DNA from: Chrysomallon squamiferum
Lineage: Eukaryota > Animalia > Mollusca
Direction: 5' to 3'
Assembly: GCA_012295275.1 (NCBI GenBank)
Contig: CM022671.1
Span: 36,766,001-36,830,000, forward strand
Length of the DNA stretch: 64,000 nt
Position numbers and translations under genes: made by a program
The notes under the pieces: generated by a model
Databases searched by the model: none
What the model was told of the DNA's origin: nothing
The model's input: only the letters and a program-made list of their open reading frames with translations
Shown here: positions 62,476-64,000 of the stretch, in pieces
How the letters are laid out: each line of letters opens with the position of its first letter
Numbering within the stretch: the first letter of the stretch is position 1

Positions 62476-63664
62476 CATTTTCTAAACGTTTTCTATTATC
62501 GGAACACTTTCAAGTAAAATATATTTTTAAATGAATATTCATTGACACTGGAATCTGTTCTACTGTAAGACAACCAGTATTTGATAACTACAAATAAAGG
62601 TTTGAAAGCAAACACATACTTTGGTTAAAAAGTTGTGAGGCTAAATTACGTTAACCACACGGTGACCCGTGCTTGACCTTAATACCGTGTCATACGCAAT
62701 TCATTTCTGCCTGGCGTCTGCTAATTACTGGTGAATGAGGAACAGGCCTCGACTGGTCTGGATAAACATGCATTCATAAAGCATTTATGTGGGTCTAATT
62801 AAATATTTGTCATTAATTATGTAATTAACACACACGCTGGACAGAAGCAAATTCCTTTTACTTTTTCATTTTCTTACTGAATAAACGTTTGGAAGTAACA
62901 CAGGCTCAGTTTATTATTCTTGGATACAAAGTGAAATATTATTATTTTTTATCTACTTACATCGTATCAGTGGGAAGTTGTATAAGTTAACTGTTTAATT
63001 TATTAATACTTATTACATCTTTGTTATCATCTTATTAATGTTTATGGTAACTATATTAAAGTTTGTGTTACAATTTTATTAAAGTTTATATGATATTACT
63101 CCTACTAATAAACAAGTAAATAAACAAATAAACAAATATTTAGCACTCCAGTAATAACAACAAAAACAAACAAAACAAAACTAAACTAAAGAAAATAAAA
63201 GAAAAAAAAAAAAAAAGAGAAAGAAACAGTAATAAAATGAAATAAAATAAAATAAAATAAAATAAATAAAACAAGACAAATATTTATATAAGAAATGTAA
63301 TCTTTAGAAATATATGTTTACAAATATTAGAATCTTTACGAATCTTATATATTTGACAAATTTATTCTTCTTTACGAATATGTCTGTTTTACAATTATAT
63401 CTTTCACAATTATCGCTACATTTTGTTTCGTTTGAACAATACAAATTCTTATGACAGGCTGGTGAGAATTTCAATACTGAAGAATTATCTTTCATAGAAA
63501 AAACATTTCGCGCTTTATAAAAATAATAACAATAACAATAACAATAATTATAACATAAATAAATAAAAATTAGATAAAGGATGAAAAAAATGCCTTAATG
63601 AAAAATTAGATAAAGGATGTCAGTATTTCTATAAAAAATGCCTAATGCGTCAATATTTATGACG

Positions 63665-64000
63665 ATAACTAAAAATATTTCTAGATAACTAATATGAGAC
63701 GTCAGTAATTTCTAGATAACTAATATGTATTTCTATATAACTAATATGTCAGTATTTCTAGATAACTAATATGTCAGTATTTCTATATAACTAATATGTC
63801 AGTATTTCTATATAACTAATATGTCAGTATTTCTATATAACTAATATGTCAGTATTTCTATATAACTAATATGTCAGTATTTCTATATAACTAATATGTC
63901 AGTATTTCTATATAACTAATATGTCAGTATTTCTATATAACTAATATGTCAGTATTTCTAGATAACTAATATGTCAGTATTTCTATATAACTAATATGTC
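63665..64000. repeat. 25-bp tandem repeat running off the window end
   Basis: agtatttctatataactaatatgtc repeated with an exact 25-bp period. Confidence 0.92.

Overview
AT-rich animal genomic DNA with spliceosomal introns (probably an invertebrate, plausibly a mollusc or other lophotrochozoan; this is inference). The left 23 kb holds four spliced genes: the last 4 coding exons of an unidentified gene (+), a 3-exon divergent Q50 PRD-class homeobox gene with an N-terminal eh1/octapeptide (-), TMBIM4/Lifeguard-4 (7 exons, +) and SHQ1 (14 exons, -), whose intron 8 is a U12-type minor intron. Many introns carry local minisatellites, several built from the adjacent splice site. The middle (24.0-50.8 kb) is a decayed hAT/Charlie-type DNA transposon. 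Its two ends and transposase 5' remnant enclose a ~25 kb three-level tandem array: ~19 higher-order units, each made of (GA)n + 1-9 copies of a 103-bp hairpin-bearing core + a body of two length variants. The right part has a probable Sola2-like transposase fossil (~52-53.7 kb), an NFIL3/vrille-like bZIP gene (-) flanked by D-box/CRE/E-box clusters, and terminal simple repeats. Most ORFs in the supplied track are repeat-derived artefacts.
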